Shown here one piece after another: positions 24,895-38,021 of a stretch of DNA of 64,000 bases (within the stretch, counting starts at the first letter, position 1; each line of letters starts with the position of its first letter). Source of the stretch: Octopus sinensis (lineage: Eukaryota); assembly GCF_006345805.1 (NCBI RefSeq), contig NC_042997.1, forward strand, positions 38,564,001 through 38,628,000, read 5' to 3'. The notes under the pieces are model-generated. The model saw nothing but the letters and a program-made list of their open reading frames with translations, did no database searches and was not told where the DNA came from. Position numbers and translations under genes: made by a program.

Positions 24895-27270
24895 TTACTT
24901 TGCTATACTTTCACTAAACTTCTTCTGATATGCGACATCTGGTGGATAAGGGAGTTTAATGTTGCTGCCCTCATCTGTTTTTCATGCTTTGAGGTAGGTT
25001 CATCTGGAACTCTTGAGGAGATCCGGTTTTGTTTTGAAAATGCCTACATCTAAGCCATGCAGATCTCTCAGGTTTTGTAGAAGGATATTGAAGAACTGTG
25101 GGCCTTTGAAACCTAAGTTGTTGCAGTATCTGGTCCTGCATCCTGATGGCAATGTTGGGATTTTTCATACTATGCAGTGGCTGTTTGTCCCGCTGTTTGT
25201 GTTACTGAAATGCCAAAGTTTGGTAAAAGTTTTTGTAGGACCATCATAGTTTCCCTTTCTCTCGTTTTATAAGTTTGAAGGAACCATCCAGCCAAGTGTC
25301 TGTACTTTAATATGCACCAGGAAAGATACATCATTACTCATGTTGATGCCCAGGCCACGTACTGATTTTGATTCAGAGATTGCATTCCCTCCAGGGCCAG
25401 TGTATCGTATCTGCTTTTCATTGAGCATTATGCGTTGGTAGTGCAGGCCGTGGAATTTTCCAACATTAAACTGCAAGTTATTTTCCTCAGCCCACCTGTA
25501 TATTGTGTCCAATTCACGTTGCAGATGCACAACGTCTCCGGAATTCTGTATCCTCTGAGAGACTTTTGTATCGTCTGAATAGCTGTCAAGGATGGCTACT
25601 TGAGCAGCTGAAGGCACATCAGAGAGGGCCACTATGAATAACAATGGCCCCAAGACAGTGCACTGTAGAATACCACTCAATATTTGTGTTTCCATGGAGG
25701 TAGCCCTGTTGGCCGCCACTACCTGAATTCTATCTTTTAGGAAGTCATGTAGCCATTCACCAAATTTTCCAACTATTCCAAATCATACAATTGACTGACT
25801 TTGTCAATGGCTTTTCCAAAGTCGTGGTATATCACGTCCACATTTGAGCTGTTAAGCAGCTGCTTTAGTACCCAGTCGCGATGCTGCAAGAGCTGTGTCA
25901 AGCAGCTTCTACCTGGTCAGAAATCGTGCTGGCTGTCAGTCAGAAAGTTATTCTCTTCAAGGAATGCAATTAATTTCCTTCGTACTATCCATGACTTTGC
26001 TGATGTGTGAGGTCAGAGAGATAGGCCTATAGGTTTTAGCATTTACTCTGCTTCCTCCTATATGAATAGGGCATAATATTCCCTCCTATAGTTTGTCCGG
26101 GAGCTTACCATTTGCGAGAAAGTTCCGAAAAAGAAGTTGCAGTGGTATTGCAAGGACCCCTTTGCATGACTTGAGAAGGCTTACTGGGAATCTATCGTGG
26201 CCAGTAGCTGAGTTTGTATCTACATCATTTATTGTCAGTATTACATCTTCTTCGATGTTGCTGTAATCAATTGTTACTGCCACCCACCCCCATTCAGCTT
26301 CTGTGGTGGTAAATACTTCTTCAGGTTTGCTAACTTGCATGTGCCATAAGGGTGGCGTGAAGACACTTTTGAGCTGGTCATACAGTGTTTCACTTATTCT
26401 CAGTGGGTTTCCCATGAGGGAGCCATTTTTTGGAGGAATGGCCCTACCCTGCAATGCACAGAGGCAGTCTCCTTGGCGTACCTAAAGAAGGCTTTATGAG
26501 CTGCTTGTATATTTCATCTAATCTAAGCTTCTCCATCTGCTCTTTCCGTCTTGGGGAGCGCTTCAGATGTTTCTCACTCTCCAGCAGTGCTGTTTCCAGG
26601 CGGGATTTCTAACTGCCGTTGAGTTCTCTGTTCAAGCGGTTTGCAATCTTTGTACACCATGTCATAATAACATTTTTCTCACTGGGAATTTGTTATTATG
26701 TACAATGGCCCTTCTCTCTGAGACAAAATTGTAGCATATGGCTTGCGTTTTTAATTTCATGTCTAAGCCGGGTGTAGAGAGACATTGGGACCAATCCCGT
26801 TTGGTGATCTCTTTCTCAATTGATTTCAAGTCTGTTTTGTGGTAGTTCAGATTGGATAGATTTTGGGTATTTCTCATAGGCTGCATATCTGTGGGTTCTT
26901 TTGATGCATACATGGTCAGCTCTATTATGTAATGATCCAAGACTAGCGTCGGTGTCTCTTTCACATTACGGATGAGATCTACATTGTTTGTGAAGTAAAG
27001 ATCGGGGATATTGTTTGCTCTGTCAGTATCATTTACGCCATGTATAACTTGGTGAGGTAAAGCAGAATTCCACATGACTTTATTCACATCGCATCATTCC
27101 TGATACGAAAAGAGGTCCTCAGGCCATTCCACATTGGGCAGTTTGAAGTCTACCGTGAGAAGTACACTGATATGCTCTTCTATTTTGGTTAAGACCTCTT
27201 CTATTCTTGCAAGGCTGTCTTCCACTCGGCCCGTGTGATTTGAGGCATCTGGTGGACGATATGTATGTTC
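24895..27270 (-). mobile_element. CR1/L2-group LINE ORF2 relic (AP endonuclease + RT)
   Basis: Fragments YRPPDAS...LLTVDFKLPNVEW and DLYFTN...LDHYII (endonuclease); SGILQCTVLGPLLF...SYSDDTKV...LQRELDTIYRWAEENNLQFN (RT); many stops. Confidence 0.85.
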
Positions 27271-27649
27271 ATGCAAGCTTATATATGAAAATATATTTCT
27301 TGATAAATAATGATCTTCATGCCACAAATTAAGAACACGTACGTCAAGAAGTGGTCCGTTGCAAACCTATTTCACTACAAAATTCCAAGCAATTCACAAA
27401 TACCTGAACTAAGGAAATAAACATACAGATAGATCGTAATGGTATCCTGCATTTAATGAGCGTGGGATAAATATATCAGTATTTGTAAACAAGACACCTC
27501 CTGAATCAATTCCAAAGGGATTTCAACCCAATATTTAGATGCTGTTATTAATGCTTTACATGTACATCGAGATCCAATTTCAAAATAGTTCTTCCCGGGT
27601 CCTTAAATATGTACAAATTCTTATGACTTTAACAAAATATATATATGTA

Positions 27650-27965
27650 TATATGTACGTATGTATGTATATGTAAGTATGTATGTATGTATGTATGTAT
27701 GTATGTATGTATGTATGTATGTATGTATGTATGTATGTATGTATGAATGTATGTATGTATGTATGTGTATGTATGTATGTATGTATATGTAAGTATGTAT
27801 ATGTAAGTATGTATGTATGTATGTGTGTGTATGTATGTATGTATATGTATGTATATGTATGTATGTGTATGTATGTATGTATGTATGTATATGTATGTAT
27901 GTATGAATATGTATGTATGTATATGTATGTATGTATGCATATGTATGTATGTATATGTGTGTATG

Positions 27966-27997
<32 letters not shown>

Positions 27998-28025
27998 TGT
28001 ATGTATGTATGTATGTATGTATGTA
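27650..28025. repeat. (TATG)n compound microsatellite
   Basis: Directly visible. Confidence 0.95.
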
Positions 28026-28302
28026 CAGGTGCAGAATGTCTGCGAGGTTAAGAAGTTTCTTTAGTTACTATATGATTCCGTGTTCAGTCACATTGTACGG
28101 CGTCTTCTGCAAAATCTTGTCAGTGAATTTGATATACAAATTCTGAGTGGAGCAAATAATTTACGAGAATAATAATTCACCAAAAAATAATTTGCGAAGA
28201 TATCATTGACTCTATTATTACCAACTGCGACAATTTAAAAATAATAATAACAAAATTAATAATATAGGCGTTTGCAGCCCCCACCCCAAAGCATTAAATA
28301 GC

Positions 28303-28603
28303 TGAAGGATTAAAATTAATCAAAGGACATACTAAGTATGACTTCCTGCTGGAAATAACAGTCAAAAGTCTTATTTAAATCGCCAAAATAAACTGACAAT
28401 AACTACAGAAACCAACCGTCCGAAAGGAAACATCCAAGTATTAAAACTCAAGTGGATCGGTTTCTGGACTGGCATAATAGTCTCACCTTCTTCAGCAGGC
28501 GTTATCATGATAGGGAGCCCCAAGGCGTCGTATTGAAGTTTGCGCTGCAACTGATTCGTTTTGTAGACATATTTATATTCCTTTGATTAATTTTAATCAT
28601 TCA
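28303..28603. mobile_element. ~300-bp element with 25-bp inverted termini and a decayed hammerhead-like core
   Basis: TGAAGGATTAAAATTAATCAAAGGA (28303-28327) matches the reverse complement of 28579-28603 at 24/25; the minus strand has CTGAAGA...AGTCCA-GAAA-CCGATC. Confidence 0.55.
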
Positions 28604-28619
28604 CCTCAAATATATATAT

Positions 28620-28653
<34 letters not shown>

Positions 28654-28911
28654 ACACAACAGGTGTGTGTGTGTTCTTAGATTGAAGGAACGATGATCAA
28701 AACGTGTTTCACATTTCTTAATATTCTCCCGCCTCTAACGAAGCTATAACGGATATGCTTTAATTCCTGAAATCAGCCATTTTTTCGATTGTATTTCATC
28801 CAGCAATTAATTTCGGCTTTAAAGATGAAAGTATTTTCTCAGTATTCTCAGTATTTTGATTTATAGAACTTTCATATGAGTTTTATTTCCTATCAGGACC
28901 GAATGGCATAT

Positions 28912-29319
28912 TCTTTGATCTAGGTATTCCATAACGTTGGCTTCCGAAGACAATCGAAGAACAAACGGATCATATAGTAAAATAGTGGTGAATTATATTC
29001 CCTTTCAACTTGAAACAAGAAACTAATAGTATGGAAAATTATAATCAGAAATAAACAAAATAAAAAGAAATTATGTTGATATCAGACAGTGCAAAGTTTT
29101 CGAATAATATATCTGATTTGGGAATCGATAGATAATAATTCGAAGTTGAATTTCGTGTATTCGCTCCAAGATTCATTCTACAAGACTATGTATGGTTGCC
29201 TATGGTGTCAGTGTTTTTCACAGAAATATGCTGTACTCAGTAAGTATACGTACATATATGTGTGTGTGTTTGTATGTATATATATATACATATATGTGTG
29301 TGGATGTATGTATATACAT

Positions 29320-29353
<34 letters not shown>

Positions 29354-29365
29354 GTATATATATAT

Positions 29366-29421
<56 letters not shown>

Positions 29422-29671
29422 GATAAGAAAGTTTGTTTGGTAAAGCAGTTATCTATCGATTCCCAATCAGATATATTATTCGAAAACTTTGCACTGTCTG
29501 ATATCAACATAATTTCTTTTTATTTTGTTTATTTCTGATTATAATTTTCCATACTATTAGTTTCTTGTTTCAAATTGAAAGGGAATATAATTCACCACTA
29601 TTTTACTATATGATCCGTTTGTTCTTCGATTGTCTTCGGAAGCCAACGTTATGGAATACCTAGATCAAAGA
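28912..29671. repeat. Inverted repeat with ~223-bp near-identical arms (28912-29135, 29449-29671)
   Basis: Direct reverse-complement match; the spacer contains (CA)n/(TA)n. Confidence 0.92.
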
Positions 29672-30107
29672 GTGAAAAAGCGACAGAAGGCTTAAATGTT
29701 AAAAAATATATATATTTGTGTCAAAATGTCTGGAGAATATTGGAAAAATTTTTTTCCTTTCCTTAAAATGACATAATTTAATAATTTTTAAAGATATACC
29801 GGTTTCGCGTGTAGCTTTTCAAATTTCTTGTGACGTTATGTTTATATTGCATGGAGTTATCGTTGTGTTTATTTTCAGGAGATTTGAAAATAATCTCCTG
29901 AAAATAAACACAACGATAACTCCATGCAATATAAACATAACGTCACAAGAAATTTGAAAAGCTACACGCGAAACCGGTATTTCTTTAAAAATTATTAAAT
30001 TATGTCATTTTAAGGAAAGGAAAAAAATTTTTCCAATATTCTCCAGACATTTTGACACAAATATATATTTTTTAACATTTAAGCCTTCTGTCGTTTTTTC
30101 ACTCTTT
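29667..30107. repeat. Palindrome with ~217-bp arms and a 7-nt spacer, carrying a hammerhead motif on each strand
   Basis: Arms 29667-29884 and 29892-30107; plus 29947-29985 reads AAGAAA-T-TTGAAAA-GC-TACAC-GC-GAAA-CCGG-TA-TTTCTT, with a mirror copy on minus at 29791-29829. Confidence 0.88.
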
Positions 30108-30115
30108 ACTATTTT

Positions 30116-30157
<42 letters not shown>

Positions 30158-30542
30158 GGTAAATAATGATTAATTTTAAAATTAATAATTTTTACCAAGG
30201 GGTTTCGGTATGGAAAGAGAACCATTATCGGTAGGAACTTTTACAAGAAGTTTATATATATATATAATTAGGGTTAAGCAACAAGTTGTCTATTTAATTC
30301 CTAAACAGTAAGCATGATGAAAGAAAATGCATTGACAAATTGTGATACGTGAAGGATATCAACAATCTATGATTATATATTCATTCCACGTGACATATGA
30401 AGGAAGGACGTAATTAGGTATCTCTCATCAATTTCTAATGTCTCATTAATGATTAAAGGGAGCTATCAAAGGGACGTTACACACACAAATACACATGTAT
30501 GTGTATCTGTCCGTATGCTATGGATATGTATTCATCTCCAAT

Positions 30543-30641
<99 letters not shown>

Positions 30642-30741
30642 ATAAACACACACATATATATACATAAATATGTGTATATACTCACATATATACACACACA
30701 CACACATTTATACATACACACACACACATATATATATATAT

Positions 30742-30819
30742 TCCTGAGCGTTATACTAATACATCTGTTTGTTTTGAACACCACCTGTCTTCGGCTTTTG
30801 TTTTTTCGTAAACTCTCCC

Positions 30820-30858
<39 letters not shown>

Positions 30859-31120
30859 AGAGTTTACGAAAAAAAACAAAAGCCGAAGACAGGTGGTGTT
30901 CAAAACAAACAGATGTATTAGTATATATATATATATATATATAGGGAGAGTTTACGAAAAAAAAACAGAAGCCGAAGACAGGTGGTGTTCAAAACAAACA
31001 GATGTATTAGTATAACGCTCAGGAATAGAAAAAGTCTTTTACGTTTCGTGCCTACGCTCTTCTACAGAAAGGGACACAGAAAAAACAAGAAGAGAAAAAA
31101 AATATGTGTAGTGGCTAAAG
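30742..31120 (-). mobile_element. Variant-hammerhead short element with extra inverted and tandem terminal copies separated by (TA)n
   Basis: 30742-30820 is the reverse complement of the terminal segment repeated at 30856-30925 and 30943-31023; HHR-like motif on minus at 31036-31071. Confidence 0.75.
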
Positions 31121-31598
31121 TACGTTAGGGGTTATGGGTGTAACCCACTAAGGGATAGTATTTATCCAATATGCTGTTGGTAAAGTACCCAGATTCTTAA
31201 TACATAAATGTTTTTAATCGCAATGCAATTAACTCATTTATCAAAAAAATTTGTTGAATTATTCTACGATACTATATTATTTGGACGGATATAAATATAA
31301 ACATAAGTATAATTTTAACTTTAACTTTGACGGAAAGAAAAAATACTCATTTGGATATTACACCTGAACTTGTTTGTATTAAGAGGATATATATACAGAA
31401 AACCATAGTCTAACTGTATGTCCTATATGTTTATATGCATGTATATTTGTATACATATATATATATGTATATTTATGTTTATTTGTATGGATTGTTGATT
31501 GTCTATCTTGTATCATAATATTTGATGTTAGAATCTATTATATGTATTGACAAGTGAAGATTACTATAAATATAATAATATTGTTATTATTGATAAAC

Positions 31599-31631
<33 letters not shown>

Positions 31632-31738
31632 TCAATAATAATAATAGTATTATTATTAATAATTGATTGTTATTTATCTAGTTATCTGGTTATCGTGTTA
31701 TAATGTTGTAATTGATAAGCATAATAATGATAATAATA

Positions 31739-31775
<37 letters not shown>

Positions 31776-31783
31776 TAATAATA

Positions 31784-33822
31784 AAGATCAACTAATGATT
31801 AATAAACCCGTAACTGAAGACAGCCACAGAAAGAAGAAAGGCCTCAGTATGGCCTGGATTGACTACAAAAAGGCGTTTGATAGCATCCCCCACACATGGA
31901 TCCTTGAAACACTAGCCATTAACAAAGTAGCACCAACAATCATAAAATTCATAGAGCACTCTATGAATAAATGGCAAACAGTCCTACATCTCCAAACAAA
32001 AGAGGGACTCATGAAAACCAAAGACATCCCCATCAAAAGAGGAATATTCCAGGGAGACACGCTCTCTCCACTCCTTTTCTGCTTGGCACTGTCACCTCTA
32101 TCTGATATGCTAAATAGAACTGGATACGGATATAAATGTTACGGCAAAACGATCAACCACCTTTTATATATGGATGACCTAAAACTATACGCTGCAAATG
32201 ACAAACAGCTGGAAACACTATTAAAGACAGTTCATGGATTTACCAAAGAAATAGATATGAAATTTGGATTAGAAAAATGCGCCAAAGTAACCATGAAAAG
32301 AGGAAAACTAGTTAAAAGTAACAACATCACACTAGATAAAACCAATGAAATAAAAGAATTAGACCAAAGCCAAACTTACAAATACTTAGGAATCCATGAA
32401 CTAGATAAGACACAACACACACAAATGAAAGAGAAAATAAAAAAAGAATATTATAGACGAGTTAGATCAATACTAAAAACAGAGCTTAATGCTAAAAACA
32501 AGATAATAGGTATCAACACTTTAGCTGTCCCAGTTATAAGTTACAGCTACAATATCCTTAACTGGACACGAAATGAACTGTCCAAAATAGATAGGAAAAC
32601 AAGAAAAATACTGACAGGATCTAGGATGCATCACCCAAAATCTGACATAGAAAGACTATATATACAACGTATAGAAGGTGGTAGAGGCCTTATACAGCTG
32701 GAAAACTACTATAAAATAACCACCATAGGACTGCAAAAATACCTACTTCAGAAGGAAGGAAAACTGATCCAGATAGCAGCAAAACACGAGCAAAACAAAA
32801 AACTGTTCTCAGTATTTAAGGAAGCTGACAAATACAAACAAGAAATCATACCACCTAATAACACGAAGAAGAAGAAGAAGATGATGAAGAAACAACAAAA
32901 GCTATAAAACAAATTAAATCCAAACTAAAAATAGAACAGCAACGAACCATGATACAACGATGGCAAGAAAAGCCCCTTCATGGTAAATACTGCACTAAAC
33001 TAAACGCAAAAGAAATAGACAAAGAAAAATCCAAGCAATGGTTGAGAAGCTCAGGACTCAAAGCAGAAACAGAGGGATTTTTAATTGCAGCACAAGACCA
33101 AAGCCTCCCCACCAGAAATTACCAAAAACATGTAATGAAAAGAATATTACAAGTAACTGCAGAATATGTGGAGATGGACAAGAAACAATAAATCATATTA
33201 TCTCTAGCTGCCCAGTCCTGGCTAAGAAGGGATATATTCACAGACATGACAGAGTTGGAACCTACATACACTGGAAGCTATGCCAACATTATGGAATAAC
33301 AACAGAAAAAAGATGGTATAGGCACACACCAGAAAAGGTTACAGAAAACGAGAAAGCAACCATACTCTGGGATATGCCGATACACACAGATAGAGAAATT
33401 AAGGCCAACAGACCAGATATAGTTGTCAGAGATCATGAAGAAAAAAAAATGCTTTCTAATTGATGTATCAATACCGGCAGATGACAACGTGTCTCTAAAA
33501 GAAATGGAGAAACCCTCAAAATACAAAGACCTGGAAATAGAGGTAACTAGAATGTGGAATCTGAAAACAGAAACAATTCCTATCATAGTAGGTGCATTAG
33601 GCGTGATAAAAAAATATTCAGACAAATACATAACAAAAACACCAGGACTTACAAACACATATATCATACAGAAAATTGCACTACTAGGCACTGCACACAT
33701 CCTACGCAGAGCACCTTCCATACAATAACCATCAGAGCATCACAACAAATCACATCACATACCCAAAGCACACAGAGCTGCGCTCGGTAGTGAAGTGAAC
33801 GCACGCTATAAAAATAAAACTA

Positions 33823-33826
<4 letters not shown>
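31784..33826 (+). mobile_element. R4/Dong-clade non-LTR retrotransposon, 5'-truncated (RT + CCHC + restriction-like endonuclease), frameshifted
   Basis: ORF 31663-32907 has WIDYKKAFDS, RGIFQGDTLSPLLF and HLLYMDDLKL; downstream frames have CRICGDGQETINHIISSC, RHD, NRPDIV and KYKDL; flanked by (AAT)n. Confidence 0.93.
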
Positions 33827-33898
<72 letters not shown>

Positions 33899-33900
<2 letters not shown>

Positions 33901-34365
33901 GTTTGCTTATTGATCGACATGAGCATCCCCTGTGATCATAATATCTCAGCGAAAGAGTTTGACAAGCTCAGAAAATATAAAGACCTACTCATTGAGATTG
34001 AGAAAATGTGGCATCTCAAGGCGGTTACAATACCAGTGATCGTAGGAGCACTAGGAATGATCAAGAAGGGAACCGAAAATTATATGAGAATGATCCCTGG
34101 CTTACCATCCCTGCAAGAAGTGCAAAAGATTGTCTTAACTGGTACATCACACGTATTGAGAAGAGCATTGTCGATGTGAGAACTATTGCTGCTCATGTAT
34201 TTTAATTTAACTTTATAAAAAAAAAAAATTTTTTTTTTTTAAAATGAACGAACTACTGAGTTTGGTTTAATGGCCTACCAAAGTATACTATGAGTTTCTT
34301 TGCCCTAGGAGTCGGGAAGACACTCGGCAAGAAATGGAAGCAAATTTGAAAGAAGAAAAAAAAAG
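33899..34365 (+). mobile_element. 3' end of a second Dong-like family inserted in (AAT)n
   Basis: ORF 33910-34179 (IDMSIPCD...KLRKYKDL...IPVIVGALG) plus 3' UTR, ending in (AAT)n. Confidence 0.88.
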
Positions 34366-34391
34366 TAATAATAATAATAATAATAATAATA

Positions 34392-34590
34392 AGAGCTCTG
34401 AGATAGTGCTCTTCGCTGTGAAAATAACATCCATCCATGAATTTATTTATTTATTAATTTTTAAATACATATTTTATCTGTGAATTTGTGCGTGTGATCT
34501 GGGAATGCATACAATGCCCTTCTCTGCCCTAGGTGTATGGAAAACACTCGGCGAGAAACGGAAGAAAATCTGAAGAAAGAAGAAAAAAAC
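34392..34590 (+). mobile_element. 3' UTR of the Dong-like family seen at 18668-19906
   Basis: Matches the reverse complement of 18668-18850 (CTGGGAATGCATACAATG...CCCTAGGTGTA...GAGAAACGGAAGAAAAT). Confidence 0.85.
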
Positions 34591-34654
34591 ATAATAATGA
34601 TAATATTAATTGATTATTATTTATCTGGTCATAAGCATAGACGTGTTTATATCT

Positions 34655-35045
34655 CTTTCTCTCTTTTACTTGTTTCAGTCATTTGACTGCGGCCATGCTG
34701 GAGCACCGCCTTTAATCGAGCAACTCGACCCCGGGACTTATTCTTTGTAAGCCCAGTACTTATTCTATCGGTCTCTTTTGCCAAACCGCTAAGTGACGGG
34801 AACATAAATACACCAGCAATGCTAGTGGGACAAACACAGACACACAAACACACACATACATATATATATATACATATATACGAGGGGCTTCTTTCAGTTT
34901 CCGTCTACCAAATCCACTCACAAGGCTTTGGTCGACCCGAGGCTATAGTAGAAGACACTTGCCCAAGGTGCCACGCGGTGGGACTGAACCCGGAACCATG
35001 TGGTTGGTAAACAAGCTACTTACCACACAGCCACTCCTGCGCCTA
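34655..35045 (-). mobile_element. SINE family A copy
   Basis: Reverse complement of 5918-6333. Confidence 0.9.
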
Positions 35046-35055
35046 TATGTTCCAA

Positions 35056-35104
<49 letters not shown>

Positions 35105-35369
35105 TATGACGTATGGTATATCTACTTGAACCTATCGTTTAATTGTGTTTATTTATGTATTTTACGCATGTAAAAGTATATACACTCTACTTATGTATGT
35201 ATATGTGTATATATGTATTTATATATGTCTATATGGATATTTGTTCATTTTTTTATATATATTAAATAATACGTGTATCATGTTTAAAGAATTAATATTA
35301 ATATGTTTGAAGTTCCTTATAACCTCTGACGAGGTCTATGGTTATATATATAAGTACCCTATTTTTAAA

Positions 35370-36720
35370 TCCCTACAGCCTCATTTGGTTTTCTCTTCTT
35401 CCTTTGGAGTTGTTAGTGGTGGTGATGATGATGGTGTTGCTTCTGTTCTTGGTGACGCTAGTGGTGGTGTCGTTTGGTTGGGCTGGCTTGTTGGTTGCTG
35501 ATGTCCGTTCATTTGTTTGTAGATCTGTTTAATTAGTTATGCATATGGCGGTGTGGCTAGCAGTGATAGTTTTTGGTTTTCTTGTGGTTGTTGTTGTTTT
35601 TTGTGATCTTGCTGTTGTCGTTGTTGTTACTATTGTTGTTGTTTCTGTGCTAGTGGGCAATTAACTTTTAAGTGTGCTTTGCTACCACAAACGTAGCAAT
35701 GTGGCTTTCTGTCTTCGACGGCTACATGCAAACTCGAATCGTCTGTCAATTTGATTAGATGTGGAATTTTTTCAAAATTCATTGGATCAATTTGAGCAAG
35801 GATTTCTACTCCTTGGCCAATCCAGTTTTGCTGGTCCAGGACAGCTATTTCCAAGATAAAGATTTCATCCTTGATATCATAACAAATAGCAGACACAAGC
35901 CATTGCATTTCTATCTCAGGGGGTACGTTTTTTTTATTTTTATTTTTGTGACCCTATGACCAAGGTATGTCAGGATCATCAGTAAGTTTTCACATTGAAA
36001 GGACTTTGTGGAGAGATCCTTGACTCTTTCTTCATAGTCGAATCTAACTTCGATAGTGTCAAATCTGTTTCCCCTCGTGTTGTAGTCTTTAAAAGCACAT
36101 ATGGGTCTCAAACATTTTTCTACATTTTCTTGGGTGGCCCTTTCGTATAGCTTTGTTTTTAGGTTGTGTGTCTTGTAAACAATTGGGGGGGGGACTTTTG
36201 CGATTTTTTTCTGTGATGTTCTGTGGTGTCTCTAGTTATATGGTGAGTTCGTCTTTTTTAAACATTGCTTTGCAGGCAAGCAGTTCTTCCTTCGAAAAGC
36301 ACATGATTTTTTTAGCTTTGAAGTTACGGCAAAATTATTTTGAGTATTCGTGTTTGTTGTGGTGTTGATGGCTGTAGTGGTGGTATCAGTGGTGCAGGCA
36401 GTGTATATAGTTTGTAAACGTATTCACTTCTTTGTTCGTATTTGATTTCAGCTTCCATCGCCTCTGACTTTGGTAGAGGCGGGAAGTCGGCTTTATGGTT
36501 TGGCTTAGCCGTTTTCGTTGAGAAATATGGCAAGAAAACCGAAGAAAACTTTTTAAAGTTTTGGAAATTCGCCTCAAGTGGAGTGGTTTCCTATTACAAG
36601 ATTTACTGAGGTTGAAGAAGATGGTTTTAAAAATCTCTTTCACAAAAAAACATTTCACAAATAAAACGTCTTTCTACACAAAAAAGCCATATTACTTGGA
36701 GCCGATTTTTCTACCGTCCA
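35370..36720 (-). mobile_element. LINE ORF1/gag-like relic with a CCHC zinc knuckle (L1/Tx1-like)
   Basis: Minus ORFs 36324-36533, 35911-36111 and 35630-35908 end in KPHCYVCGSKAHLKVNCP, followed by a Q/T-rich tail; the 5' end abuts (ATAG)n at 36727-36802. Confidence 0.6.
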
Positions 36721-36725
36721 TGCAC

Positions 36726-36803
<78 letters not shown>

Positions 36804-37892
36804 TGTTTCAGTCATTCTACTGCTTTAAGGAATTTTTAGTCAACTGAATCGACCCCAGTACTTATTTTCTATTTTCTTAAGCTTTGTACTTATTCTATCG
36901 GTTTCTTCTCCCGAGCGGTGAAATTACAGGAATGTAAATACGCCAACACCGGTTGTCCAGCGGTAATGGGAAACAAACACACACACACACACATATATGT
37001 GTATATATAAATATATGTATGTCTGTGTTTGTGTGTATGTGTGTGCGTGTGCGTCTGTATATAAACTATATCTCAATATTTCAAAAATTTTAATGCTATC
37101 TGTATTTTTTCAACAACCACTTCTCCCACACTAATTCGTTGCCATACGCTGAGTTAAATTTTCTACGACTGTTGAAATATTTTCATGAAACTTGAAGCAT
37201 GAACTCTAAATATGAACTACGAAAAGGAGATTTACAGTGTAAAATTATTGTGTTCCTCAGATTAGTTGACATCCACATACCTCCTAAAACAGTTTTAAGT
37301 TTCAATTGTCTTTATTTAACCGCATTTCTTCAATCCGTGATGAACGCGCTAAAAATATCTCAAGTTGTGCTGTGGTTTGTTCATATAACTTGCAAGCTTA
37401 AAAGATATATATATATATATGAATAGAAAGAAAAACATAAAGAATACAGTATACAAATAAAGTAGAAAAGTTATATCAAGCAGCAGGTTTATTTTAAAGA
37501 ATATGTAAATAACATATTTACTCATTGCTGTTTGAGAGTTCTAAAATATTTTGAGTTATGTGATCTCAATCTTCTCTTTCACGATTGTGTTCACGTGTAT
37601 TTCTTTACAAAACTTTGAAACATTTTAAAATACTTCCCTGGTAGATGTGCAAACCTTGTTTAACCGCAATCAAACCTTTGTAATTACAATTTTGTGTTCT
37701 ACCGTTCTTATAAATCATATTTCTTTTCTTTACGAGCTCTTTGAGGAATACTTATGCAGCCTGTCATATCGTAATCTTCTGGCTAATTAAATTCTCTTTT
37801 CCGTGAAAGCCTTATCAGTTTTTGATCTCTACCGGTGATCTTTGAAGCCTTCAGCTATCTCTATGTTCGTGCTTCAGCACTTGATTTACAAG

Positions 37893-37934
<42 letters not shown>

Positions 37935-37935
37935 T

Positions 37936-37976
<41 letters not shown>

Positions 37977-37986
37977 CAGATATAAG

Positions 37987-38021
<35 letters not shown>

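Noticed and set aside
27629-28146. ORFs rich in [12 protein letters not shown] (also 14093-14363, 16192-16592, 20332-20709, 30449-30944, 53068-53332, 56349-57165)
   Set aside because: These are translations of di- and tetranucleotide microsatellites.
30192-30236. Minus-strand HHR-like CCGATAA-TGGT...ACC-GAAA motif
   Set aside because: The core and stems I/III are too degenerate to call.
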